A DNA stretch of 64,000 bases from Iamia sp. (GCA_035765045.1 DASTYI010000112.1:3600-67599), one strand, 5' to 3'. Counted from the first letter of the stretch, positions 28,774-37,997 are shown. Notes: generated by a model from the letters alone, not told the origin. A program made the numbers and translations.

Positions 28774-30207
28774 ATGGCCGACACCCCGTCGCTCGACAAG
28801 ACCAGCACCCCCTCGCCGTCGGAGGCCGCCACGCTGCTCGACCGGGTGCAGTCGGAGGTCCGCCGGGTGATCGTCGGCCAGGATCGAGCGATCGAGCGGC
28901 TGCTCGTCGCCCTGCTGGCCAAGGGCCACGTGCTGCTGGAGGGTGTCCCCGGGCTGGCCAAGACGCTGGCCGCCGAGACGCTGTCGCGCACGGTCTCGGG
29001 CACCTTCTCCCGCATCCAGTTCACGCCCGACCTGCTCCCGGCCGACGTGATGGGCACCCGCATCTTCCGGGCCAGCCGGGAGGAGTTCGACATCGAGCTC
29101 GGGCCGGTGTTCGTCAACTTCCTGCTGGCCGACGAGATCAACCGGGCCCCGGCCAAGGTCCAGTCGGCCCTGCTCGAGGTCATGGCCGAGCACCAGGTGT
29201 CGATCGGCGGCAAGACCTTCCCGGTGCCCGACCCGTTCCTCGTGCTCGCCACCCAGAACCCGATCGAGTCCGAGGGCGTCTACCCCCTCCCCGAGGCCCA
29301 GCGCGACCGCTTCCTCATGAAGGTGGTCGTCGACTACCCGACCGCCGGCGAGGAGGTCGACATCGTCTACCGGATGGGCGTCACGCCGCCCGAGGCCGAG
29401 GCGGTCATCGACCTGCCGGACCTCATCGGGCTCCAGGCCGCGGCCGAGGCCGTCCGGGTCGACCGGGCCGTCGTCGACTACGCCGTCACCGTCGTGCTGG
29501 CCACCCGCTACCCGGCCAACTACGCCCTGTCCGACATCGAGCCGCTGCTGACCTACGGCGGCTCGCCGCGCGCCAGCCTGGGCCTGGTCCGGGCCGGCCG
29601 CGCCCTGGCCCTGATGCGGGGCCGCGACCACCTGGTCCCCCAGGACGTCTTCGACGTCGCCCCCGACGTGCTGCGCCACCGGCTGGTGATGTCCTACGAG
29701 GCCCTGGCCCAGGGGGTCACCGCCGACCAGATCCTGGCCCGCGTGCTCTCGACGGTCCCCGCCCCCCGCCAGATCCAGGAGGCCCCCTCCTACAGTGCGG
29801 CGTCGACCAGCGGCCCCGGCGCCTACCGCCCCGAGGGGTACCGGCCCGAGCCCGTCCCGGCCCAGGGCGAGGCCACCGGCACCTACGGCGCCACGGGCAC
29901 CTACGGGGCGGCGCCCTACGGCGGCGGGGGCTACGGCGGCCCGACCGCCGCCGCCGAGTCGGCCACCGGCCCCCACACCGGCGACCACCGCCCGCTGGCC
30001 CCGAGCGCCGGGACCGCCCCCTACGTCGGCGCCGGCGGCCCGCCCCCCGGGGTCCAGCCCGGTCCCGCCCCGGCGCCCGCCCCCTCCCCCGCCGACGACT
30101 CGCCCTGGGCCAGCCCGGCCGACGAGCACACCGGCAACCCCGGACCGCCCCCGCCCCCGGCGCCCGAGCAGCCCTGGGGCCCGCCCGCCGAGCGGGGCGA
30201 CGGCTAG
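28774..30207 (+). CDS. MoxR family AAA+ ATPase with long low-complexity C-terminal tail
   Basis: GVPGLAKT, RIQFTPDLLPAD, DEINRAPAKVQSALLE and LPEAQRDRF motifs. Confidence 0.95.
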   Translation: MADTPSLDKTSTPSPSEAATLLDRVQSEVRRVIVGQDRAIERLLVALLAKGHVLLEGVPGLAKTLAAETLSRTVSGTFSRIQFTPDLLPADVMGTRIFRASREEFDIELGPVFVNFLLADEINRAPAKVQSALLEVMAEHQVSIGGKTFPVPDPFLVLATQNPIESEGVYPLPEAQRDRFLMKVVVDYPTAGEEVDIVYRMGVTPPEAEAVIDLPDLIGLQAAAEAVRVDRAVVDYAVTVVLATRYPANYALSDIEPLLTYGGSPRASLGLVRAGRALALMRGRDHLVPQDVFDVAPDVLRHRLVMSYEALAQGVTADQILARVLSTVPAPRQIQEAPSYSAASTSGPGAYRPEGYRPEPVPAQGEATGTYGATGTYGAAPYGGGGYGGPTAAAESATGPHTGDHRPLAPSAGTAPYVGAGGPPPGVQPGPAPAPAPSPADDSPWASPADEHTGNPGPPPPPAPEQPWGPPAERGDG

Positions 30208-30219
30208 CCCGAGGCCGAG

Positions 30220-31161
30220 ATGCCGCCCGTCGTCAACGTCCCCCCGCGGGTCAGCCACAGCGATCCGAGCGAGGTGCTCCGGCGCCTCGACCTCGTCGTG
30301 CGCCGGCGCCTCGATGGCCTGCTCAACGGCGAGTACCTCGGCCTCGTGCCCGGGCACGGCACCGAGCAGGGCGAGACCCGGCTGTACACCCCGGGTGACG
30401 ACGTCCGCCGGATCGACTGGAACGTCACCGCCCGGATGACCGAGCCGCACATCCGCGAGACGATCGCCGACCGCGAGCTCGAGTGCTGGATCCTGGCCGA
30501 CGACTCCCCCAGCCTCGACTTCGGCACCGCCCTGTGCGAGAAGCGCGACCTGGCCGTGTCGGCCGCCTCGGCCATGGGCTTCATCACCCACCGCACCGGG
30601 AACCGGCTCGGCGCCGTCCTGGCCGGCCCCGACGGGCGCGAGATCGTCCCCGCCCGCGGCGGCAAGGACCATCTGATGGCCGTGCTCCACCGGCTGGTCT
30701 CGGCCGCCCGCCACCCCACCGGGCGCACCGACCTGGCCGGCGCCCTCGACACCATGGGCGGGGTGGCCCGCCGCCGTGGCCTGGTCGTCGTCGTGTCGGA
30801 CTTCCTGGAGGACCCGGCCCTCTGGCGCCAGCCCCTCGCCCGCCTCGGGGTCCGCCACGAGACGCTGTGCATCGAGGTCCTCGACCCCCGCGAGGTCGAG
30901 CTCCCGTCGGTCGGCGTGCTCCACCTCGAGGACCCCCGCACCGGCGACCTGTTCGAGATCCAGACGTCGGACCCCAAGCTCCGCGAGCGCTACGCGGCAG
31001 CCGCCGCCGTCCAGCGGGGCGCCATCGCCGAGGCCATCCGGGCCGCCGGCGCCGACCACCTCCAGCTCCGCACCGACCGCGACTGGCTGCTCGACATCGT
31101 CCGCTTCGTGGCCCAGCGCCGCGAGCGCACTCGCGACATCGCCCCCCGGACGTCCGCATGA
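30220..31161 (+). CDS. DUF58 domain-containing protein
   Basis: YTPGDDVRRIDWNVTAR, DDSPSLDFGT and VVSDF motifs. Confidence 0.93.
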   Translation: MPPVVNVPPRVSHSDPSEVLRRLDLVVRRRLDGLLNGEYLGLVPGHGTEQGETRLYTPGDDVRRIDWNVTARMTEPHIRETIADRELECWILADDSPSLDFGTALCEKRDLAVSAASAMGFITHRTGNRLGAVLAGPDGREIVPARGGKDHLMAVLHRLVSAARHPTGRTDLAGALDTMGGVARRRGLVVVVSDFLEDPALWRQPLARLGVRHETLCIEVLDPREVELPSVGVLHLEDPRTGDLFEIQTSDPKLRERYAAAAAVQRGAIAEAIRAAGADHLQLRTDRDWLLDIVRFVAQRRERTRDIAPRTSA

Positions 31162-31174
31162 CGGAGAGCCCTCG

Positions 31175-32146
31175 ATGCTGGCCCTGACCTACCTCGCCCC
31201 CAGCCGGTTCTGGCTGCTCCTCGTCGTCGCCGCCCTGGCGATCGCCTACGTGGTGCTCCAGACCCGGCGCCGCACCTACGCCGTGCGCTTCACCAACCTC
31301 GACCTGCTCCAGAGCGTCGCCCCCCGCTCGCCCGGGTGGCGCCGCCACCTCCCGGCCATCGCCATGCTGATGGCGTTGAGCGCCCTGGTCGTCTCGGTCG
31401 CCCGCCCCGCCCGCGAGGAGCGGGTCCCCCGCGAGCGGGCCACGGTGATCCTGGCCATCGACACCTCGCTGTCGATGATGGCCGAGGACGTCGCCCCCGA
31501 CCGGCTCACCGCGGCCCAGGCCGCGGCCAAGACCTTCCTGACGATCCTCCCGCCCAAGATCAACGTCGGGCTGGTGAGCTTCAACGGCACCGGGACGATC
31601 CTCGTCCCGCCCACCACCGACCGGGCCCAGGTCCGCACGGCGATCGACCGCTTGGAGCTCGACGAGCGCACCGCCATCGGCGAGGCCATCTTCACCTCGC
31701 TCCAGGCGATCCAGCAGGCGCCGCCGGCCGAGGGCGACGAGGACAACGAGGATGTCCCCGCCCGCATCGTCCTCATGTCGGACGGCAAGACGACGGTGGG
31801 CCGGCCCGACAGCGTCGGCGCCCAGGCCGCCGCCGACGCCGGGGTGCCGGTCAACACGATCGCCTTCGGCACCGACCACGGCGTGATCATCCTCCCCGAC
31901 GAGCCCGCCCCGGTGCCGGTCGACGTCGACCACACCGCCCTGGAGGCGATCGCCGACGCCACCGACGGCAAGGCCTTCCGGGCCGCCACCGAGGGCGAGC
32001 TGCGCGAGGTCTACCGCAACATCGGCTCGTCGATCGGCTACGAGGTCGTGTTCAGCGAGGTCGGCCGGTGGTTCGTCGGCCTGGGCATGGCCCTGCTGTT
32101 CCTCGGCTCCACCCTGTCGCTGCTCTGGTTCAGCCGCCTGCCGTAG
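31175..32146 (+). CDS. VWA domain membrane protein (BatA/Rv1481-like)
   Basis: DTSLSM MIDAS, TAIG and LMSDG motifs; N- and C-terminal TM helices. Confidence 0.93.
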   Translation: MLALTYLAPSRFWLLLVVAALAIAYVVLQTRRRTYAVRFTNLDLLQSVAPRSPGWRRHLPAIAMLMALSALVVSVARPAREERVPRERATVILAIDTSLSMMAEDVAPDRLTAAQAAAKTFLTILPPKINVGLVSFNGTGTILVPPTTDRAQVRTAIDRLELDERTAIGEAIFTSLQAIQQAPPAEGDEDNEDVPARIVLMSDGKTTVGRPDSVGAQAAADAGVPVNTIAFGTDHGVIILPDEPAPVPVDVDHTALEAIADATDGKAFRAATEGELREVYRNIGSSIGYEVVFSEVGRWFVGLGMALLFLGSTLSLLWFSRLP

Positions 32147-33266
32147 CCCCCGTCCCGCCCTCCAGCAGGAGGCGGTGGAGCACGGCGATCAGGTCGGCCC
32201 GCGAGACCAGGCCGACCAGCCGGCCGTCGGCGTCGAGCACGGGGATGTGCCGGTGGCCGCGCTCGACCATCAGCCCGACCAGGGCGGCCACCGGGGTGTC
32301 CTCGCCGACGGTGGCGACGTCGGTGGCCATCAGGGCGCGGACCGGTGTGAGGTCGCCGGCGTCGAGGTTGAACAGGTCGACGATGGCGACGATGCCGACC
32401 ACCCGGCGCTCGGCGTCGACGACCGGCAGCGCCTTCACCCGGTGCTCGTTGATCAGCACCCGCACCCGGAAGAGGCTGTCGTCGGGGCCGACGGTCACCA
32501 CGTCGCGGTGCATCACGTCGGCGCAGCGGAGCCCGCCCACCCGGCGGTCGAGGGCGTGGGCCTCGACGTCGCGGAGCAGCTCGACCACGTCGGCCGGGGC
32601 CACGTCGAGGCCCTGGTCGAGCCGCTCCATGGCGGCGGCGACGGCCTCGGTGTCCACCCGGACCGGCTCGGCGGCGGCGTCGACCGCCCGCTCGGGCGCC
32701 GGGGCCGGCGCCACCGCCACGTGGGGGTAGCGGCGGCCGACGGCGCGGTGGAAGGCGATGCCCACCGCCACCAGCACGACCGACCCGAGCCCCACCGGCC
32801 AGAAGGCGAAGGTGATCCCGTGGCCGGTGACCGCCGGCGGCGCCAGGGCCGCGGTCAGGGCGCACGCCCCGCCCGGCGGGTGCAGGCACCGCAGGGCGAT
32901 CATCACCACGATCGCCGCCCCCACGCCGACCGCCGCGGCCAGCGGGTCCGGGCCGATCACGGCGGCCGCGGTCAGGCCGACCAGGGCCGAGGCGACGTTG
33001 CCGGCGACGACCGACCAGGGCTGGGCCAGCGGGCTGCCGGGGACGGCGTAGACCAGCACTGCCGAGGCCCCCATCGGGGCGACGATCCACGGCAGGTCAC
33101 CGGTCGTGCCGAGGGCCAGCCGGCCGACCAGCCCGGCGCCGAGGATGCCGAGCAGGGCCCCGATCCCGCCCCGCACGCAGTCGGCCGCCCGGGGTCGGCC
33201 CTGGGCGGGCAGGAGGCCGCGCCACCAGGGTGTCGGCTGGGTGTCAGGGGCGGGTGCGAGCGTCAT
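32130..33266 (-). CDS. HPP family membrane protein with CBS pair
   Basis: PMGASAVL, SPLAQPW and LHPPGGA motifs; two CBS repeats. Confidence 0.92.
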   Translation of the reverse strand: MTLAPAPDTQPTPWWRGLLPAQGRPRAADCVRGGIGALLGILGAGLVGRLALGTTGDLPWIVAPMGASAVLVYAVPGSPLAQPWSVVAGNVASALVGLTAAAVIGPDPLAAAVGVGAAIVVMIALRCLHPPGGACALTAALAPPAVTGHGITFAFWPVGLGSVVLVAVGIAFHRAVGRRYPHVAVAPAPAPERAVDAAAEPVRVDTEAVAAAMERLDQGLDVAPADVVELLRDVEAHALDRRVGGLRCADVMHRDVVTVGPDDSLFRVRVLINEHRVKALPVVDAERRVVGIVAIVDLFNLDAGDLTPVRALMATDVATVGEDTPVAALVGLMVERGHRHIPVLDADGRLVGLVSRADLIAVLHRLLLEGGTGATAGG

Positions 33267-33339
33267 GGGCGTTGCGAACGGTGCGCGAACATCGGAAAGG
33301 TCCGTCGTCAAAGTACGGGGTGGCTGGCATGCTGGCCCG

Positions 33340-34770
33340 ATGAGCCGGCGCACCAAGATCATCGCCACGTTGGGACCGGCCTCGGAGTCCGAGGCCGTGC
33401 TCAAGGACATGATCGAGGCCGGCGTGGACGTGATCCGCCTCAACCTCAGCCACGGCACCCTCGACGACCACATCGAGCGCTACCGGCGGCTGCGGCGGAT
33501 CGAGGAGTCCGTGGGCCGGCCGCTCGGCATCCTCGCCGACCTCCCCGGGCCCAAGGTCCGGGCCGGGTCGTTCCCCGACGGCGGCGTCCACCTCCACACC
33601 GACTCGACCGTCATCCTCGCCCCCGGCGACGACCCCAGCGACGACGAGCGGGTCCACGTCGACTACGCCGGCCTCCTCCAGGACATGCACGGCGGCGACC
33701 GGCTGGTGTTCGGCGACGGCGGCGTCGTCGTCGAGGTCATCGAGTCTGCCACCGACGCCCTCCGGGTCCGGGTCCTCCACGGCGGCCGGCTCCAGGGCCG
33801 CCCCGGCGTCCACATCCCCTCCGAGCGGCTCCGGGTGCCGACGCCCACCCCGCACGACCTCCGCCTCCTCGACGCCTTCGTCACCGAGGGCGTCGACATG
33901 GTCGCCGTGTCGTTCGTCCGTTCGGCCCACGACATCCGCCGGGTCGGCACCGAGCCCCACCCGGCCGGGCCGATGGTCATCGCCAAGGTCGAGACCCGGG
34001 CCGCGGTCGAGAACCTCGACGGCATCATCGAGGCCGCCGGCGCCGTCATGGTCGCCCGCGGCGACCTCGGCGCCGAGATGCCGATGGAGGAGCTGCCCCA
34101 CCTCCAGAAGCGGATCCTCAGCCGCTGCATCGCCCTCGGCAAGCCGGCGATCACCGCCACGCAGATGCTGGAGTCGATGGTGTCGGCCCCCACTCCCACC
34201 CGGGCCGAGACCTCCGACATCGCCAACGCCGTCTTCGACGGGTCGAGCGCGGTGATGCTCTCGGGCGAGACGGCGATCGGCCACGACCCGGTGCTGGCGG
34301 TGGCCACGATGGCCCGCATCGCCGAGCGGGCCGACGAGGAGTTCGACTACGACCTGTGGGCCGCCCAGGTGTCGAAGCTCAACGCCGCCCAGCGCACCAC
34401 CGCCGACGACGTCGTCACCAACTCGATGACCAACGCGGCGTGGAAGGCGGCCTCGGAGAGCGGGGCCACCTCGATCATCTGCATCACCCGCACCGGCTTC
34501 ACCGTCCGCTCGATCGCCCGCTACCGCCCGGCGATGCCGATCCTCGGGTTCTCGACCGATCCGCGGACGCTCCGGCAGCTCACTCTGTCGTGGGGCGCCA
34601 CCCCGGTCGCCCTCCCCGGCCCGTTCGACATCGGCCACCAGGTCAGCCAGGCCATCGAGATCGCCCGCACCGAGGGCCACGTCCGCACCGGCGACCTCGT
34701 CGCCGTCCTCAGCGGCTCGCCCGACTACAAGGGCGTCGCCACCGACTCCCTCCGCCTCGTCCACATCTAG
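33340..34770 (+). CDS. pyk: Pyruvate kinase
   Basis: RRTKIIATLGP, RLNLSHG, MVARGDLG, ATQMLESM and MLSGETA motifs. Confidence 0.96.
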   Translation: MSRRTKIIATLGPASESEAVLKDMIEAGVDVIRLNLSHGTLDDHIERYRRLRRIEESVGRPLGILADLPGPKVRAGSFPDGGVHLHTDSTVILAPGDDPSDDERVHVDYAGLLQDMHGGDRLVFGDGGVVVEVIESATDALRVRVLHGGRLQGRPGVHIPSERLRVPTPTPHDLRLLDAFVTEGVDMVAVSFVRSAHDIRRVGTEPHPAGPMVIAKVETRAAVENLDGIIEAAGAVMVARGDLGAEMPMEELPHLQKRILSRCIALGKPAITATQMLESMVSAPTPTRAETSDIANAVFDGSSAVMLSGETAIGHDPVLAVATMARIAERADEEFDYDLWAAQVSKLNAAQRTTADDVVTNSMTNAAWKAASESGATSIICITRTGFTVRSIARYRPAMPILGFSTDPRTLRQLTLSWGATPVALPGPFDIGHQVSQAIEIARTEGHVRTGDLVAVLSGSPDYKGVATDSLRLVHI

Positions 34771-34784
34771 GCGACCGCTGAGAG

Positions 34785-34821
34785 CGATCGCCTCAAGGTG
34801 CCTGGCACCTTGAGGCGATCG
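34785..34821. terminator. Perfect long hairpin between convergent pyk and fabZ
   Basis: CGATCGCCTCAAGGTGCC-T-GGCACCTTGAGGCGATCG. Confidence 0.8.
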
Positions 34822-34831
34822 GGCCGAGCAC

Positions 34832-35296
34832 TCAGGCCGGGGCGAAGACGAAGAGGATCCGGCCCCGGGCGGCCTCGTCGCCGCCGACGGTGGCCCGGCC
34901 GACCCCCCAGCCGCCCCGACGGCCGAGCCGCTCGAGGGCCACGTCGAGCACGACCTCGTCGCCGGGGACGACCATCCGCCGGAAGCGGGCGTCCTCGACC
35001 CCGCCGAGGAGCGGGAGGCGACCGGCGTGGGCCGGGTCGGCCAGCACGCCGATCGCCCCGGCCTGGGCCAGCGCCTCGGTCAGCAGCACGCCGGGCACGA
35101 CCGGGCGGCCCGGGAAGTGACCGGCCAGCCAGGCCTCGTCGCCGGTGATGCGCCAGCGGGCGGTGACGTGGACCCCGGGCTCGCAGGCGTCGACGGCGTC
35201 GACGAACCGGAACGGCGGCCGGTGGGGCAGCAGGGCGACGAGCGGGTCGGGGTGGTCGGCGGTCTCGGTGGGCACCTGGGCTCGGACGCTCGTCAC
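34832..35296 (-). CDS. fabZ: 3-hydroxyacyl-ACP dehydratase FabZ
   Basis: LPHRPPFRFVD and GHFPGRPVVPGVLLTEALAQ motifs. Confidence 0.93.
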   Translation of the reverse strand: MTSVRAQVPTETADHPDPLVALLPHRPPFRFVDAVDACEPGVHVTARWRITGDEAWLAGHFPGRPVVPGVLLTEALAQAGAIGVLADPAHAGRLPLLGGVEDARFRRMVVPGDEVVLDVALERLGRRGGWGVGRATVGGDEAARGRILFVFAPA

Positions 35297-35346
35297 TGCC
35301 CCGTGGTTACGGCTCCCGTGGGTCCGACGTGTGTCGGGAGCGTGAC

Positions 35347-35400
35347 CTACCGGCCGGTACGCGTTGCTACCGGTCAGTAACCGAACCTACCGGTGAGTAG
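35347..35400. promoter_or_regulatory. Triple TAC-N6-GTA operator array with exact 20-bp period
   Basis: CTACCGGCCGGTAC, CTACCGGTCAGTAA and CTACCGGTGAGTAG at 35347, 35367 and 35387, between divergent fabZ and fabD. Confidence 0.8.
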
Positions 35401-35418
35401 CACGAAACCCTGGCCCCC

Positions 35419-36447
35419 ATGGGCCGGTCACAGTCCCTGATGCCCACTCCCCCGAGTCCCCCTGTCGCTGCCCCGGCGCCTCCCGCGCCCCCCGAGCGGG
35501 AGGAGGGGTCCGGCGGCGTCGCCGTCACCTTCCCCGGCCAGGGCAGCCAGGTGGCCGGGTTCGGCCGGGCCTGGCGCGAACACCCCGCCTGGGCCGTGGT
35601 GGAGCGGGCCGAGGAGGCGTCGGGGCGAGCGTTGTCCCCCCTGCTGCTCGACCCCGACGCCGACCTCTCCCGCACCGAGGACGCTCAGCTGGCCGTCCTC
35701 GTCTCCTCGCTCGTCGTGTGGGAGGCGGCGCAGGGCTACATCGGCACGCCGGTCGCCTTCGCCGGCCACTCGCTGGGCCAGATCACCGCCCTCGTCGCCG
35801 CCGGCGCCGTCGACCCGGCCGACGGGCTGGCCCTGGCCGCCACCCGGGCGGCGGTCACCCAGGCCGCCGCCGACGCCACCCCGGGCGGGTTGATCGCCCT
35901 CCTCGGGGCCACCCCCGAGCAGGCCCGCGACACGGTGGCGCTGGTCGACGAGGCCTGGATCGCCAACGACAACGCCCCCGGCCAGATCGTCGTCGGGGGC
36001 ACGACCACCGGCGTGGCCGCCGCCACCGCCGCCGCCCGGGGGGCGGGCGTGCGCAAGGTCCGGCCGCTCGCCGTCGGGGGCGCGTTCCACACCCCGCTGA
36101 TGGCCCCGGCGGCCACGGCCTTCGGCGCCGCGGTCGCCGAGGTGACCTTCGCCCCGCTCACCGCCCCCGTCGTCACCAACCACGACGCCGCCGCCCACTT
36201 CGCCCGGCGGGGCTGGGACGAGCGGCTGGCCACCCACCTGGTCCGCCCGGTCCGCTGGCGGGAGACGGTCGAGACCCTGGTCGAGCTGGGCGCCACCCGG
36301 CTCGTCGAGCTGGGCCCCGGCACCACCCTCACCGCCCTGGCCAAGCGCTGCCGCGCCGACGTCGAGCCCCTCTCGGTCGCCACCCCCGACGAGGTCGAGG
36401 CCCTCCTCCCCGCCCTCTGGGGCATCGGCCAGGCCGGTGCCCGATGA
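35419..36447 (+). CDS. fabD: Malonyl-CoA:ACP transacylase
   Basis: FPGQGSQ, GHSLG and GAFH motifs. Confidence 0.94.
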   Translation: MGRSQSLMPTPPSPPVAAPAPPAPPEREEGSGGVAVTFPGQGSQVAGFGRAWREHPAWAVVERAEEASGRALSPLLLDPDADLSRTEDAQLAVLVSSLVVWEAAQGYIGTPVAFAGHSLGQITALVAAGAVDPADGLALAATRAAVTQAAADATPGGLIALLGATPEQARDTVALVDEAWIANDNAPGQIVVGGTTTGVAAATAAARGAGVRKVRPLAVGGAFHTPLMAPAATAFGAAVAEVTFAPLTAPVVTNHDAAAHFARRGWDERLATHLVRPVRWRETVETLVELGATRLVELGPGTTLTALAKRCRADVEPLSVATPDEVEALLPALWGIGQAGAR

Positions 36448-36527
36448 GCGAGCGCAGGCGGCACCCATCGGCCCCGCCGGCGACCGGGCCGAACCCCCGC
36501 CCCCGCGCCCAGGCCGGTGGCCGATGA
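36444..36527 (+). CDS. Possible 27-aa coupling mini-ORF
   Basis: ATGA overlaps at both ends (fabD stop and next start); no recognisable family. Confidence 0.35.
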   Translation: MSERRRHPSAPPATGPNPRPRAQAGGR

Positions 36528-36808
36528 GCAGCATGGTGTTCACCGAGGGCGACGACCTGCGGCTGCCGACCCGGTTGGTCGTGGCCCCCGAGGCGGGGAC
36601 GTTCCAGCCCCTCCCGCCCGAGACCTGCACCGCCGAGGGTGAGGTCGTGACCGCCGGCGTCTCGCTCGGCACGGTCGAGAGCCTGGGCCGCTCGGTCCCC
36701 GTGACCAGCGCCTTCGGCGGCTTCCTGATGGGGATGCTGGCCCTGCCGGGCGAGCGGGTCCGGGCCGGCCAGCCGGTCGCCTGGCTGCACGCCATCGACG
36801 CCGCATGA
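36524..36808 (+). CDS. Biotinyl/lipoyl-like domain protein lacking the acceptor lysine
   Basis: VVAPEAGTF..GEVV..GTVESLG..VTSAFGG..GERVRAGQPVA hybrid-motif pattern; no Lys anywhere in the protein. Confidence 0.8.
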   Translation: MSSMVFTEGDDLRLPTRLVVAPEAGTFQPLPPETCTAEGEVVTAGVSLGTVESLGRSVPVTSAFGGFLMGMLALPGERVRAGQPVAWLHAIDAA

Positions 36809-36987
36809 CCACCGTCCTCGCTCGCACGTCCCACCCCCGGCCCGACCGGTCGGGCGACGCCCCCGCGCCCACGAAGGTCGTACGTCGGCCCATCGGTCCT
36901 CGCCCGCTGACGACCCGCCTGCGGTGCACCACGGCGCGGGAAGGTCGACCGGTGGCGTCGGTGCCCACCCCGGTGGTGGCCGCATGA
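36805..36987 (+). CDS. Possible 60-aa coupling mini-ORF
   Basis: ATGA overlaps at both ends (carrier stop and fabH start); Arg/Pro-rich, no recognisable family. Confidence 0.35.
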   Translation: MTTVLARTSHPRPDRSGDAPAPTKVVRRPIGPRPLTTRLRCTTAREGRPVASVPTPVVAA

Positions 36988-37997
36988 CGGCCGTCGAGAC
37001 GCGGGCGGAGACGCCCGTGCGGACCCGGCTCGGGGTGGCCTTCACGGGGTGGGGGGCGACGGTGCCGGGCCCGCCGGTCACCAACGACGACCTGGCCGCC
37101 GTGCTCGACACCAGCGACGAGTGGATCTCCAGCCGCACCGGCATCCGGGCCCGCCACATCGCCGGCCCCGCCGACACGACCGCCGCCCTGGCCGCCGCCG
37201 CCGCCCGCCGGGCCCTCGACCGGGCCGGGCGCGGCCCCGACGAGGTCGACCTCCTCGTCGTCGCCACCACCACCCCCGACCGCGCCTGCCCGTCGACCGC
37301 CGCCGACGTGGCCGGCCTCCTCGGCACCCGGGCCGCGGCCTGCGACGTCAACGCCGCCTGCGCCGGCTTCGTCGCCGCCCTCCACCTCGCCCTCCCGACC
37401 GTCGCCACCGGGTCGAGCCGGGTCGCCCTCGTCGTCGGCGCCGAGCGGATGACGAGCCTCGTCGACCCGACCGACCGCGGCACCGCCGTCCTCTTCGGCG
37501 ACGGCGCCGGGGCGGTCGTGCTGGAGACCCCCGCCGGCCCGACCCACGAGCACGACCCCGCCGGGCCCGGCCTGGTCGCCTCGGTGCTCGACGGCGACGC
37601 CGCCCTCGTCCCCCACCTCGAGGTCCTGGCCGGCCAGCGCTGGCTGACGATGGACGGGCCCGAGGTCTTCCGGGCCGCCACCCGGGGCCTGGCCGACTCG
37701 GCCGCCACCGTCCTGGCCCGGGCCGGGGCGACGATCGACGACGTCGCCTGGTACGTGCCCCACCAGGCCAACCGCCGGATCATCGACGCCGTCGGCGGCC
37801 GCCTCGGCCTCGCCCCCGAGAAGGTCGTGCTGACCCTCGACCGCCACGGCAACACCTCGGCCGCCTCGGTGCCCCTCGCCCTGGCCGAGGCGGCCGACGA
37901 CGGGCGCCTCCAGCCCGGTGACCTCGTCCTGGCCTCGGCCGTCGGCGCCGGGATGACGTGGGGCTCGCTCCTCCTCCGCTGGGGCGGTGCCTCGTGA
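36984..37997 (+). CDS. fabH: 3-oxoacyl-ACP synthase III
   Basis: DTSDEWI..RTGI, AACAGF, PHQAN and GNTSAAS (C-H-N triad). Confidence 0.94.
   Translation: MTAVETRAETPVRTRLGVAFTGWGATVPGPPVTNDDLAAVLDTSDEWISSRTGIRARHIAGPADTTAALAAAAARRALDRAGRGPDEVDLLVVATTTPDRACPSTAADVAGLLGTRAAACDVNAACAGFVAALHLALPTVATGSSRVALVVGAERMTSLVDPTDRGTAVLFGDGAGAVVLETPAGPTHEHDPAGPGLVASVLDGDAALVPHLEVLAGQRWLTMDGPEVFRAATRGLADSAATVLARAGATIDDVAWYVPHQANRRIIDAVGGRLGLAPEKVVLTLDRHGNTSAASVPLALAEAADDGRLQPGDLVLASAVGAGMTWGSLLLRWGGAS

Noticed and set aside
33274-33290. GCGAAC direct repeat upstream of the HPP gene (possible GlnR site)
   Set aside because: Short, very close to the start codon and plausible by chance
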